In this document: positions 11,739 through 24,240 of the stretch, piece by piece
How the letters are laid out: each line of letters starts with the position of its first letter
How positions within the stretch are numbered: the first letter of the stretch is position 1
Assembly (NCBI GenBank): GCA_964270895.1
Contig: OZ185436.1
From: Podarcis filfolensis
Lineage: Eukaryota
Reading direction: 5' to 3' (one strand)
Length of the DNA stretch: 64,000 nucleotides
Notes under the pieces: model-generated
Databases searched by the model: none
Seen by the model: the letters and a program-made list of their open reading frames with translations, nothing else
What the model was told of the DNA's origin: nothing
Position numbers and translations under genes: made by a program

Positions 11739-13104
11739 CTGAAGAACAGAAAGGACACAAGTGGCGAGACCTAAGTAGGAGTCAAGCGCTGCCGAGTTGA
11801 TGCAGTAGCGTTTAAAAACTATTTTGTTCTGCAACAAGTATCTGCAGGTTAGGGAGACGAAAAGCAGCTCTTTGTTAGCACACCTGCAGCCAACTGAGCG
11901 GGGATTATTGTTTAAAGTGGTCTGCCATTCCTTTCCCAGCTGGAAGATAGATGCTGTGCAAACAGGCAGAAAGCAGTGAGGAAGCGAGAAGGCTGCATTC
12001 CTTGAAACAGTGGCTACAGGCGGGGCGCAAGCTGAGGAAAATCTGTGGGCGGTAAAACAACAACAATGGAAGGGGTTTGATGAGGGGTATGTCCAAAGTA
12101 CTGCTGCCCTGGGACACTGCTGAGAGGAAAGAATGGGCTATGTACACATGCAGCACAATCCCTGGCACTTTACTCCAAAGTACATCTTGCTGCCTTTAGT
12201 AGATCACCCTGCATTTATTGCTTTGCATGAGCATATGATAACAGAGTAAGGAAGTAGACTGAAGCTTATCTTGTTACTGTGTGACTGCCTCCTCTTTGAG
12301 GGACCTGTGCAAGATTTCATGTTTCACAGGTCTCTCTTTCTCCGTTAAGGAGATAATAACATGAAGCATTATGCAGCCAACACACTGTTTCAGTAAACCT
12401 GACCACAAGCCTTTAATACAGGTTATTAGTATCATCCACCTATTGCAGACGAGGTTCAGAGGCTAAGAAACGGCAGCTAGCCTAAGGCCACCAAATGCAT
12501 TCACAGCCAAAGTAAACTAGGGCTTTCTGGTTCACAGCTCAATGTCTCAGCCACTAACTTGCTAGTGTGAAGTCGGCATTGTTCAACAACTGTATTATGA
12601 ACATATATTGGCAAGCTTGCATAGTTTAATCAGGAACGTATGGGATTATAAAATGTATACATTAGGTATGTGTGATCTTAAGTTATTACCAAATAATGCT
12701 GTATTTGTCTGTGTTTTTAATGTGACCCTGCCCTAAAATTGCTTACCATGAATTGCTTAAAATTGCACACATAAAAAAAATGCCACATCTTGTGTTTTTG
12801 TGTGTGGAAGATGACACAAGGTTCCTAGCATATGCCTCACAGTATGGTCTGAAAGCACATGAGGCCACCATCTTGCTGAAGTTTATGCAGGTCTGGGTCT
12901 AATCACTGCCAAGGGGAACAAACACCTGGGAACCACATGTATGTTGTTATATTAAAAACAATAGACTGAATTAAAGCAAGAGTGTTGAATTAAAGCTCCA
13001 GATGTTGATTCTGACTCCCATCAGCTTCTGCCAGCATGGCTAATGGCCAGACATGATAGGGGGCTTCAGTCCAACATATGGACAGCAGCATGTCAAGGAA
13101 GGTT

Positions 13105-13210
13105 GGTCTAGTCTCACTGGCAGTGGTTTTCCAGTGCCTCAAACTGAAATTTTCCCCACCACCAGGGACTGAACCTGGGACCTTCTGCCTGCCAAGTATG
13201 TGTTCCCTCC
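13105..13210 (-). mobile_element. tRNA-derived SINE fragment (Squam3-like)
   Basis: Reverse strand reads ...gcagaaggtcccaggttcagtccctgg...ggaaaaccactgccagtgagactag. Confidence 0.55.
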
Positions 13211-13510
13211 TGTTTTTTTCTAGGGGGGGGCACTGCTCTTTCAAAACTCCAACTCTGTGGGTGGGATTCAACTAAATTACTGTGTGCGCGCAACGAAGTC
13301 CACTCATGCAACAGGGCTCCCCCCTCCTCCCCCGCAAGCACCCCCTAAATATGCTCTGGAGGGTTGAAGAAACCCCTAGAACAGGTTTAGGGGGCAAGCA
13401 GGGGGGAGAAGGGGGGGAAGTCCCATTGTACAAGCAGACTTTGTACCACACTTAGCGCAATGCTGAATTCCGCCCCAAGGCACTTAGGTTCTCTTGCAGC
13501 AGTCACTAAC

Positions 13511-13568
13511 CTTTACTCCGTAGTAATGGACTCCGTATGTAGGCAGAGCTTCAACCACTTTCATGTAC
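13511..13568 (-). CDS. FRMD4B: FRMD4B exon, 58 nt, phase 2-0: (Q)YMKVVEALPTYGVHYYGVK
   Basis: Acceptor tctgtctgcacag|G, donor AAG|gttagt; contains the FERM LPTYGVHYY motif. Confidence 0.96.
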
Positions 13569-14429
13569 CTGTGCAGACAGATTCATAAGTAAATGGGCCG
13601 GCTCTTCTGTGAAGTTCTCTCTAAGCACATATTCTCTGATTTTTTTTATTCCTCTTTAAGCTGCAGCAGAGGGTTCTCCCCATTGCCCCTTAATTTTTTT
13701 TAGAACAGATCAGTCAACAGCTATGTTTGAAGTATGTTTACAAATGCGTTCAAGCACAGCAACAAACTGCATGGGCAAAAAAATGTCAAAAGAGCTCAGC
13801 AGAATGGAATTAGCATGGTCTCCCGTTAAAAAACACCACCAAAAGTTGTGCTGTGCAATTTGGCACAGGTGCTCAGCCCCTGTTCTACTTGCCAGCTTAA
13901 CAGCTGAACTCCATTAAAAACTTGGCTCCAATTATTGTGGCTGAGCTCTCTAACAATACAGGTCTGCACTATTTTCCAAGCTTAGTTCTAAGGTGTGTTT
14001 TATGTTCTTCTGAGTACACTTCCATGGTAAATGTAGCTGACCAGCCTATATGATAGACATTTGAATAGTCAAGTACACATAACCTCAGGGAGATATGACC
14101 AGAAAATGAGATCTGACCAAGCTAGTGCCTATTCATGGAATGTTCAGTTGTTTGCTTCAGCTGTTGGGTCAGTTCTTAAGTAGGCTCCTGGCTATGAAAG
14201 GCACTGTGGAGTCTTCAGGAGAAAAGACAGTGTGGAAGGGGAATTGGTCCAAAGATCTGCTGTCCATGCCTTTGCGACCTACAGGTGGGCAAGTCATTTT
14301 TCAGCATGTAATCGCTGACCATCAGTGCCTACCAGTGACTAACCGAGAACCATGTCAACCTATCAGACCACTGGTGAAGCCCCTTCTGCACTCCACCTCA
14401 CCCCACAAATGTCCAAGTGAAACACTTAC

Positions 14430-14495
14430 TGAACGATCGCTTGTCCTCTGGTCAGCCCCTTATTTTTTACATAATGTTCAATGACTCTGTCCTCA
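14430..14495 (-). CDS. FRMD4B: FRMD4B exon, 66 nt, phase 2-2: (C)EDRVIEHYVKNKGLTRGQAIV(Q)
   Basis: Acceptor cattttgcttgttccacag|T, donor TCA|gtaagt. Confidence 0.95.
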
Positions 14496-14959
14496 CTGTG
14501 GAACAAGCAAAATGGTTAAGGAGGCAGCAGAAGTATTTTATGCCAAATAATAATGTTTGATGGCACTCAGAAAACCATTCCACACACAAACATACAACAC
14601 TCCGCTAAGAAACTCTCCGGTGAGGTGCGCACTCTTGCACATTCAGGAACTGAGCTACACAGAATGGAACGATGTGTCTGTTCCTTGATATAGCAGGATG
14701 GGCTCTAATTTGTAATTAACCCTTCTATATTGTGCACACTATTGTAGAATGTCCCATTACTAAGACACAAGCATTGAACGAGTTGCAAGCACAGCAAAGC
14801 TGAAATTTAGCAAAAAGCAGGTGGAGTTATGTTAGGTTCCCTACCGCATCACTTATCACCATGATGAGAACTTGCAGACAAAAGTGTGCCTATGTCAGAA
14901 AACTGCCTATACCAATACATTATAATAGGGGGGAAATTACAGAAGAAGTTAAGTGGTTC

Positions 14960-15126
14960 CCTGCCAGATCAAGCCAAAGACCCATCTAGTCCAGGATCCT
15001 GTTCTTACAATTAGCGGCCTCTGGGAAGCCCATAAGCAAGAGATGAGTGTAATAGCACTCCCCAGCAACTGGTATTGAAGCATATCACCTCTGATAATGA
15101 AGGTAATATAATCATTGTGCAGCCAT
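14960..15126 (-). mobile_element. CR1 3'-end fragment
   Basis: gatcaagccaaagacccatctagtccaggatcctgttctt...cagcaactggtattgaagca is the same family as 59677-60209. Confidence 0.65.
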
Positions 15127-15940
15127 TCATAATGTAGCTGCTCAGTGAATTTGACTGCTGTTAAAGGCAGAAGAGTCCTGCTGAGTGGAGGAAGGAGTGC
15201 AGTAGCAGCTTTTAAGACGTTTGGGCTTGGATCCAGAGTTCCTGTAAGCTCAACTCTGATCACAGGATGCTCCTGCTAGAGGAAGAGGCAATTCCCCCTC
15301 CACCCCTGCCTGCCCCCATAATCCCTTGAAAAGCTACTCTAAAGGGTTGAGAGACCCTCTGGAAATAGTGTGGGAAGTGGCCTGCAGTGCTGCAGCAGGA
15401 AGAAGGACTGGATGAAAATCACCTTCTCACCTCTTCCTTTAGCAGGAGCTCTTCCTTTAGCAGCTCACAGGAACTCTGGATTCAAGCTAAAATGTATTCC
15501 AGTCTGCTACAGGCCTCTAATTTTTTCACCAGGACCTTTCATAGTTGCATAAAATGCAGGTATTTAACAGGGATAATCCTGGCTTACATGGGCCAGCAAT
15601 GACTGGAATAGCTAGATCTGTTGAATTTCTGCAGGGCACTGATATTGTTAAGACACAGGAGCCCTGCTAGAGAAAAAGATAGCAATACTGTGGGGCCCAC
15701 AAAGGCTGCTACCCTACATACACTGCTTAAAACTTACTGAGCTTGCAACACCTACCTGTGTGCATAACTGCAGCCCAAAAGGAATAAGCTGTTGTAAACG
15801 ATCAATGACTTGCCCTCTCTGCTAACCACAGATTTCATAGTGCGGCTTGAGTTTATGAAGGTGAGGTATCAGCATGACAGCAATGGACTATGAAGCGGCA
15901 ACAACAAAGATGGCCACGTAACTCTCATGGGAAGTAATAG

Positions 15941-16150
15941 TTACACTTTAGTCTGCACTAGGTAGACCTCATCTGGAATACTGGGCCCAGTTCTGGGTGC
16001 CACACTTTAAGAAGGATGAAGAGAGACTGGAACAGGTTCAGAGGAGGGCAACGAAGATGGTCAGAGTATGGAAAACCAAGTCCTATGAGGAAAGGTTGAA
16101 GGAATTGGGTATGTTTAGCCTAGAGAAGACTGAGCAGGGGACATAATAGC
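15941..16150 (+). mobile_element. CR1 ORF2 fragment
   Basis: Translates [58 protein letters not shown], the CR1 post-RT signature. Confidence 0.85.
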
Positions 16151-16928
16151 ATTTTTTTTTAGTCCCAGGATTACAGCCCCGAGTTTACTTTGGAGAGAGA
16201 TCATCTTATGAAAGTCAACTCCTTTTAAACATTCCTATGTTTTCCTTAAATATTTGAACTAATCTTTAAATCCTGGCCCTGGATTCAAATACACTTATCG
16301 ACCTACAGAACTTGGACAGTGTCTGTATTAAATACATCTATACTATTTGTTCAACAGCTTTCCAAACAAATAGTAGCTGGGAGGAAATTTCGACAGCCTC
16401 ATGAAAATATGTGTGTTATTTAGGGCGTCAGATAAAGTGTTTGATGGGCCAGGAGGACCTTGGATTAAACCCCTGCTCAGAGGTGGAAGTCCTTGGATGG
16501 CCTTGGGGGCAAGGCACAGCCAGACCTAATTTACTTTGCTGGCCTGTTGTGAGGATAATATGGGGAGCTGGAGGCAGGGGGAGAAGAGAAACTATGGCTT
16601 GGATCTAGAGACCCTGTGAGTGAAACAGGGGAGGTGATTTCTGCCCAGTTCCTCCTCCTCTCCTCCTCCCTGCAGCCTCCTTTGTCCATTGAAAATCTGT
16701 TTAGGAGGGCTGGAGAACCCTCCAGAACAAGGTGGTGCTGCGAAGCATGGGAAGTGAAACTTGTCAAAAATCTCCTCATCCTTACTTCATGGACCACAAG
16801 TATGGAAAGAGCCCTTCCTATTCATGGAAGAGACATTGTGACTCTCCGACCCTTCCAATTCTGCTTAGAGAAGAAGGGGAGGATAAAAGCATGAAAGGCA
16901 AGTGAAACAAAAAATAAATGTGTCTTAC

Positions 16929-17012
16929 CAAAAGGCGAGCGATGGGTGTTCCTGTAGCGTCTTGGTAGGAAAGGCAGGCAAGTTCTTTAGATCTTTCCTT
17001 GCATTCTCATCA
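16929..17012 (-). CDS. FRMD4B: FRMD4B exon, 84 nt, phase 2-2: (S)DENARKDLKNLPAFPTKTLQEHPSLAF(C)
   Basis: Acceptor ttcttttgttttcccatgcacttccaag|T (AAG type), donor TTG|gtaaga. Confidence 0.95.
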
Positions 17013-18481
17013 CTTGGAAGTGCATGGGAAAACAAAAGAATGGAAGAGTGTTAACTATTTTGGAATCAGTAAGACTTGCCCAGTTGGTTCTAGGAAAAGG
17101 GGGCTGAGTTTTAGCCACTCGGAAGCGGGTTCATTCATAGTGTAGTCCAGCTGTCATAGCAACGTAACCCTATAGGCCTTCTTGCATGACAACTCTGAAC
17201 AAAAGAAGTGGACTTGCATTACTTTTCTGATTAGGGACACAGTGCAACTGAGGAAATTTGGCTGCCGAAGAAAAAGAAGCGGTGATACTCATCAGCCACT
17301 GAATATTCTTTGCTGAAACGATACCTTCTGGTTCAACCAGTCGATAAAACAAACCCCCGCGTTCTCTAACATGGACACATCTCTTAAGATTCCTAAAGCA
17401 AATCTGATTCCTCTTTTTGTCTAAATAATAATAATCAGCTAAGGCATTCTCACTATTCTAGTTCTTAGAGAGGGGGGAGAAATAGGAGAGAGAAAGTTAA
17501 AAGGAAATTGTAATTTGGCCCCAAGATGTAGGGTTTGGGCAGATATCCATTTAATTATTTTAAGAAGACAAAAAGGCATGTGTGGTTGCTGGCAGAAATG
17601 AAAAGTGGGCAATACTTTCTGTTTATCTGCTTAATTAGGCCAACGAGTTTCTGCAGGATTTCTGCATGCTTTTAGCAGAGATCAGCAAGCACCAACATGA
17701 CTTTTCTGTACCAGTAATTCATTGGGCTTCCTGAGTCACTAACACGTGCCTCGTTTTTCCCAATGGAATAAGCTGACGCATGACTTCTTATACAAGGTGC
17801 CTTGTTCTAAACTGAACTCACAGAATCTTTAAATAATTCAGCACAGGAGAAAAGTGTGACTCCCTCCCAACCCTCTGTTGCAGAATCTCTCTGGATGTGC
17901 ACCTGTCCAAAAACAGGGAAGGATTTCCTAACAGTGTGGTAGCCCAGGGGTGGGGAACCCCAGGCCTAAGGGCCAAATGTACCCCTCCAGTCCTCTCTAT
18001 CTGCTCCTCGGGACTGACTGTCCCCAGGACATACCACTCAACTGCCCTGCTGTGAGCGCCCTCCTTGTGTGCTTCTGTCTGCCTGGAATGCCTCCCTGAA
18101 CTGCAAGAAGACATTTTGGTTGCCTGGGCAGAGGATGGAGGGGCGTGTGTGTGTGCGCGCGTGCATAGAGACCTCTGGTTTCTGCCTGGCTAGCATGCAG
18201 TCTACTGTACAAAGGTAAGTCTCACATCTGCTGCTTCACCCAACGTTGGCTCTGGCCCCATCCACCACTTACGCAAACACACAGGGAAGCTGCCCATGGG
18301 AATGAAGGCTGAAAAAGGTACCCCACCGCAGTGATAGTATTATCGCAGCATTGGCATCCAAATATTTCTGGAAAGAGCCTCCTGTCAAGAGAAATATCTC
18401 CTTTCTGGCAGCAAGAACCACCTCTTCCAGAACTGGAATATTTTTTTTAAAAAAATCAGATTTAAGCTCTATCTGCTTATG

Positions 18482-18484
<3 letters not shown>

Positions 18485-18527
<43 letters not shown>
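18485..18527. repeat. (CA)n microsatellite
   Basis: Direct reading. Confidence 0.95.
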
Positions 18528-18531
<4 letters not shown>

Positions 18532-19393
18532 ACACTGGGATAAATTGTCAGTTGCCCTTCTGCAGTTCAGGAAAGGCTCTTGCTGGCAGAAGGAGGGAGG
18601 AGGCCTCCCCCTTTGTCCTGCAACGCCCCACACCACCCCCCATGCTGTTCCCTGATCCCTCTGGAGCACATTTTCATGGAACAAAGGGAATAAGAAATAA
18701 GCAAAAACTGCCCTCACTGAACTGAGTTCTATTCACAGGATCCAAGCCATTATTTTAACACTTTCAGTTAACTGAAAAACACACACGGAGTGAGAATATG
18801 TCTGCATGTGTGGATAACACAAGCACTCCAATTCAACTGTGGTCCTTTAACACAAGTGTTCCTATAGGAAATAAAAGGATTCTATTTCAGCTGCCAGTTC
18901 TCACCAGAATCTAGGTCTCCACCCACCACAGAGCAGGCCCATTGTAGTCCAGCGCCTGCAGGGCAAATAGCTATTGATGACAAGAAAGTCGATCTGCGAG
19001 GAGATTCTCCTAAGGGCTGCAGCCAATCTGAGGTGGTGGGAAAGTTTCTTCCTGACCTCAAATATCATTATATGTCAAACGCTTGAGTGTTATTTGAGCA
19101 AACCTCTTTCAGAGAGTTACTCCCAAAAGAAAAGAAAACCGGGAACAATTCTTATAAGCTGTTCGCATGCACGTGTTCATTGCATGAAGACTGCAACACC
19201 TTTTGCATTTGTTAATGGCCCACCATGGCTATAACATGGAAATAACCTTCACATTTCCTCATACTATCTCACAAAAACATAGTGTTTCAATGAACTGTGC
19301 CGACACTTTCAGCTAGTAGTATTCCAGTGTACAATAACTGAGCAGGTAACTCGCATCTTACACTTATTTTACTTATGCAATCACAGCTTTGCA

Positions 19394-19395
<2 letters not shown>

Positions 19396-19434
<39 letters not shown>
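19396..19434. repeat. (TG)n microsatellite
   Basis: Direct reading. Confidence 0.95.
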
Positions 19435-19437
<3 letters not shown>

Positions 19438-19698
19438 CCCACTCCCCATTTATATATTCTCCCACCACCACCTGGGCAATGCTGCAATGCTGGGCTTGCC
19501 CAGGTTTGGGAAGTTGGCAAAAGGGAAGGAGATGTGAGCGCTCTGGCAGTGTCCTAGAACCCCTGCTCCACAAAGCTGGGCAAGCAATCCTACACCTTGT
19601 AGTGGGGACAGTTCTGGAGGTTCCTGGCTTTACATGATTTTGCATCTGCAAGCAATGACCACAAACATAACCCCCACATAAGATGTGAGTTACCTGTA

Positions 19699-19922
19699 CA
19701 GTCGTACGTTGGAAGTCAAACAGAATCCATTCCGGAAGTCCATTCGACTTCCAAAACATTTGGAAACCAAAGCTCCTGCAGCCAATTGGAAGCTGCAGGA
19801 GCCCCGTCGGACGTTCGGCTTCCAAAAATAGTTCACAAACCGGAACAGTCACTTCTGGGTTTGCTGCATCTGGGAGCTAAAACATTTGAGAACTAAGTTG
19901 ATCGAAAACAAAGGTACGATTG
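19699..19922. mobile_element. Tigger/pogo-like MITE
   Basis: TA|CAGTCGTAC...GGTACGATTG|TA; same family as 45858-46098 in the opposite orientation. Confidence 0.8.
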
Positions 19923-20481
19923 TATATGAATGACAAAGTCAAGTCATGTCACCCAATATCCCAAGGTTTTCTCTGACTCCCAAGAAATGGGGGGAGGCAA
20001 TATCTTGGGGGTGTGAATGGGTGCATCTGTGTGTAAAGGTTCCTGAATCAAGGCTAGAACACCCCATGGAGGGGTATCTAGAGTCTTCCTTGTACAGTTT
20101 TCGACATAAGCTGAAGAGACGCTTCTTCTATACCATAGCCTTAGACATTTAAGGTATTTTGTTTTGTACGACCCTCCTCTTTCGCTGAATGTATACTGCT
20201 CTGTTCTGGCTGAAATGGTTCTTCTTGCTCTTACAAACGTTAGCTGTTTTATCTGTTTTTATACATTGCATATTCTATTGTTGTAATCAGCTCTGGGACC
20301 TTAGGTGAAGGGCGGGTAAAAAATCTTCTGAATAAAGAAAACATCTCTGTTCTCATCTCGACTTTGAAGCAATCTGTTCATTAGTTCTCTGTGGTATACG
20401 TATAAATGACAGCTTCTTCACCTCCTTCAAAGCTCATCTGCAGTGGCTCACCACTAAGAGGCTAATATACGTTCACAACAC

Positions 20482-21195
20482 GGCTTCCAGGTGGAAAAAT
20501 CAAAATTGGAGACAGAACTGTTAGAACCCAGTACTAAGAATTTGTCAAAAATGTACAATTTGCTGCTGAAATGGAATACACAAGATGAAACGGTTAAATC
20601 GGCCATGATTAAATGGGCTCAGGACATTGGTCATAATATTTTGTTTGCTGATTGGGAAAAGTTGTGGACCACCGGGATGAAATTTACGGCATGTAATGCC
20701 TTAAGAGAAAACATTATGAAAATGATATATAGGTGGTACATAACTCCAGTCAAGCTTGCAAAGATTTACCATTTGCCTGACAATAAATGTTGGAAATGTA
20801 AAGAAACTGAAGGTACATTTTTTCATCTTTGGTGGACTTGCCCGAAGATTAAGGTATTCTGGGAAATGATCTATAATGAACTTAAAAAGGTATTTAAATA
20901 TACTTTTTCCAAGAAACCAGAAGCCTTTCTCTTGGGTATTGTCGGCCAAGGGGTGTTAAAGACGGATATAACTTTCTTTATGTATGCTACAACAGCAGCT
21001 AGAATACTCATTGCGAAGTACTGGAAGACGCAAGAGCTACCCACACTGGAAGAATGGCAGATGAAGGTGATAGACTACATGGGCTTGGCAGAAATGACGA
21101 GCAGAATCCGAAACCAGGGAAGAGAAGCAGCGCAAGAAGAATGGAAAAAATTTAAGGACTATTTAAAGAAATATTGTAAAGTTAATGAAAGTTAG
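20482..21195 (+). CDS. L1 ORF2 C-terminal fragment with CCHC zinc knuckle (truncated, no RT or EN domain)
   Basis: Open from the 5' truncation point; contains YRWYITPVKLAKIY, CWKCKETEGTFFHLWWTC and AARILIAKYWK...PTLEEW, typical of vertebrate L1/Tx1 ORF2 ends. Confidence 0.85.
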   Translation, partial: GFQVEKSKLETELLEPSTKNLSKMYNLLLKWNTQDETVKSAMIKWAQDIGHNILFADWEKLWTTGMKFTACNALRENIMKMIYRWYITPVKLAKIYHLPDNKCWKCKETEGTFFHLWWTCPKIKVFWEMIYNELKKVFKYTFSKKPEAFLLGIVGQGVLKTDITFFMYATTAARILIAKYWKTQELPTLEEWQMKVIDYMGLAEMTSRIRNQGREAAQEEWKKFKDYLKKYCKVNES

Positions 21196-21490
21196 AATGA
21201 TGTTGGACTGGAAAGTAAATGGTTACTATTAGCAATGGTTAAGACAAGGAGAATAAGGAAGATTAGTTTAAATCTAAATTAAAATAAGGGAAGATTTGCT
21301 GAGTAATCGATAAGAATTTGGAATACAGAAAAGGGAGGCATGAGGAAGTAGGGGAAGTAAGGTACAAGAAATTAGGATATGAAATGGTACATGTTTTTTT
21401 TTTGTTCTGTTTTTGTCTTTGTATGTTTATGTATGTTATGCTTATATGAAAAAATTCTTGAATAAAAATATTTTTTTTTTAAAAAAATAT
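20482..21490 (+). mobile_element. Young 5'-truncated L1-clade LINE (~1.0 kb)
   Basis: Perfect 17-bp TSD ATATACGTTCACAACAC at 20465-81 and 21491-507; open ORF2 C-terminus; 3' UTR with AATAAA and A-tail. Confidence 0.93.
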
Positions 21491-22974
21491 ATATACGTTC
21501 ACAACACACCCGTGACAAACTACAGTGCCCTATTTTTCTATTTCAGAACCATGGGCCAAAAAAAAAGTCACAAGGCAAGCCGCCTCCTACACACTGAATG
21601 AAGGTGCAAGCCGTAATTCAGAGGTTTCCTATGACAGGGCTGAAAATGATAGACTCCTTACGCTGCAGGAGAACTGAAGATCAACTAAACTTCAAACCCT
21701 TGTTCACAACACAAGATCAACTTTCACAAACCCAACACTACCCAGATGACAATGTGTGCAATACAAAGCGCACCACTGAACAAGGAGTAGCATGGCACAC
21801 TTTCCTAAGAAAATAAACTGAATGGATTCATTAATTGAGCGGAGTGACATGTTACAGATGAAAGCAAAAAACCCCAACTACCTCACAATGTCAATGTGAC
21901 CTGAGGAAAAGCTACCTCCCCAACTGCAAATAAGTCTAAATATAATGTCACAGGCACAGCGCTGCAAATTGTATTCTGTGCTTCTATTTCCATGAGTAAC
22001 AGAACTTCAGGGCCTGAAATGCTAGCTTTGGTGCATTCCTTTTCCCCAGTTGCCTTAGCTTCACCTGCCAGTGTATTCAAGCTCAGGTTGGAGTCAGATG
22101 ATCATCTGCAATTCAGATTACCACTTAAAATCCAGCCCAGAGAGAATGCAACCAGAAAGATAGTCCATTATCTGTGCCATCTGGCAACATGGCAAGGTGT
22201 TCAGGGAAGAAAAGAAATAAATAAAATCCACTTTGTTTTCTATCTTGGTCTCTATAAGCCTAGGCCAGGGAGCTGGTGTCATCAGGTCTTGAAGGTGGTC
22301 TGAAAATAATTTGTTCCATTTGCCTGGAACACATTGGGAGAAAGGCAGTACATAAATGCAATAAAGAATATACTCAGTTGAGAACGGCATTCTAAAATAT
22401 GTCTATCATTCTAAAAGAGTTGCACATTAAATAAACAAAACGCTAACACTGGCCAATCAGGTCACAGAGAGATGAGTCCCTAACACTGGCCAGTGTTGGC
22501 CTAAGTGTGCTAATTTGATAGCCAAACTCACTGCTATACCACTAGGCCATATCCTAATCCAGTTTGCCCAGGAATACACCCCATACTGAATTTAAGAGGA
22601 TTTATTGCTGAGTGAGACACAGAGAGGACTGTGCTGGAAATTATTCTTCTACAAACAGCTTAACATCTACACATTACCGAAGACTACATCAGCACTCCCT
22701 TTTCAGTTAAACTAGTTTCTAAACTAACGTTAACAAAAATTCACAAGCAGACGGAATTGGCAGATGCGACCTTTCATTTACCTGCAATAGTGTGCTTCAC
22801 GGCCAGCTATGGAAATGGAGGGAACACTAGATCACTCAATTCAAGGGGAAAAGCCAGTATCACTTTCCTATACAGCAAATTTGTGCTGGAGCATCCTAGA
22901 GGCTGAAACCATCTGTTGGTTCAAACATATGCAGCCTCCATGCTTGAAAGGTCTAACCAGTGTTTAGTAATTTA

Positions 22975-23183
22975 GAGTAAGCCCGTCACTTACATGGGGG
23001 TTACGTTCTGGGGGTTACACCTAGAGCCAATATCGCATAGAGTCAAAACACATTGGGTTCAATGGTGGGCAGGATTGGCCAAGTCTTTTCCCCCCAGACA
23101 TCTGCCCCCCTTTTTAATTTTTTTGCCAGACACGTAAATTTGAGCACACACAAGTTCAATGTACATAAGCCACAGGCTTACTG
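22975..23183. mobile_element. Degenerate Tigger-like MITE
   Basis: TA|gagtaagcccgtcacttac...ataagccacaggcttactg|TA imperfect TIRs. Confidence 0.55.
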
Positions 23184-23899
23184 TATACACCGATCCCAAA
23201 ATGTGAAGCTGTAGTCCAAAGGTATACATTTCTGCACCCAGGTCCCTACTCATATAGGTTTCTTAATTGTGTGTGTATGAGTGTATGTTAAATTGAGATC
23301 CACAGTGGATATATTTACAAAGAGCATTGAACTTTAAAGAGCTTACAGCTTTTGGGGTGGGGGCAGGGGATAACCAATGGCCATATGATCTCATTCAGGC
23401 ACTTACAACTTGCAAGAATGACCTCAGAGCACCAGACAGATTCTCTCATGCACCAGGCAGGAAGCGGATCTGTTCCCCTCTACCTGCGGATTTATTGTTG
23501 AGCGAGTGGGGATTATTCACGGTCTGCATGATGCTAGAAGATGTCTCCCATGAGGCTTCCAAGAGCTGCAGACTTGTTATTGCTAACACTCATGGGTTCT
23601 TCCTCTTTGCACAAAAGTCAGATTAGCCAAATTAGTCGTGGTTCCTTTGTGCGGCAGCAAAACTGAAAGCTTGTTATCACAGTCCTATATGCTTGATAAC
23701 AAAAGGCACCTCGGCCTACAAAAAGGCATGCATCCAGCGGCAGGGAACTGGCAAAACTACAAGGGGAAAGTGGCATTAAAGCGCAAGCACTGTCTGTGCT
23801 ATGTCTCCTGGGCACACAGTAAACCTAAGTCAGGGGAAAGCGTCAGAAATAGCAGAGTGGAGCTGCATATAAACACAACAGCTCCCATTTTTGTTTTCA

Positions 23900-24240
23900 C
23901 AGAATCGAAGCAGAGAGACCTTAGAGACCATCTAGTCAACTCTCGGCTCAATTTAGGACTCTTGCAACTACAGCATCCCAGGTAGACGGAAGTCCAGCCT
24001 GCACTTCAATGCTTCCAGCTAAGGAGAGCTGATCGCCTCCAGAGGTAGCCTATTTCATTGTTCAGCTAAAATCTACTTCCTTGCCGTTTCTATCTATTAG
24101 TTCCATTCGTGCCTCCAGGAGCAGCAGAAAACAAGCTTGGTTCATCTTCCCCTTAAGCCGATCAGATCTCTGAAGGACAGCTATGATGTCTCCCTAACTT
24201 CTTCCCACCAGCCTAAACGTACCCAGTTATCTCAACTACA
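23900..24240 (-). mobile_element. Old CR1 3' fragment
   Basis: cacagaatc...gaccttagagaccatctagtcaac...tccagcctgcacttcaatgcttcc..., reverse strand of a CR1 3' end. Confidence 0.55.

Noticed and set aside
13262-13476. Imperfect 200-bp hairpin (similar ones near 15200-15380, 25100-25250 and 63070-63240)
   Set aside because: It recurs several times in the window in degenerate form, so it is best explained as a common palindromic MITE family rather than a structured RNA.
14455-14475. HYVKNK reading where I recall human HYLKIK
   Set aside because: The frame is intact. The difference sits at an A-homopolymer and may be a real substitution or a local consensus error; this cannot be judged without reads.
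18194-18220. Plus-strand mini-exon ending AAG|GTAAGT (possible antisense transcript)
   Set aside because: No partner exons or promoter could be linked, and isolated consensus donors are expected by chance in 64 kb.
19373-19852. 159-aa ORF ending in HT repeats
   Set aside because: Chance read-through of a MITE and a (CA)n microsatellite.
23407-23483. 77-nt exon-like unit (cag|...|gtaagt) on the gene strand
   Set aside because: Poor pyrimidine tract and stops in all three frames; consistent with a chance decoy.
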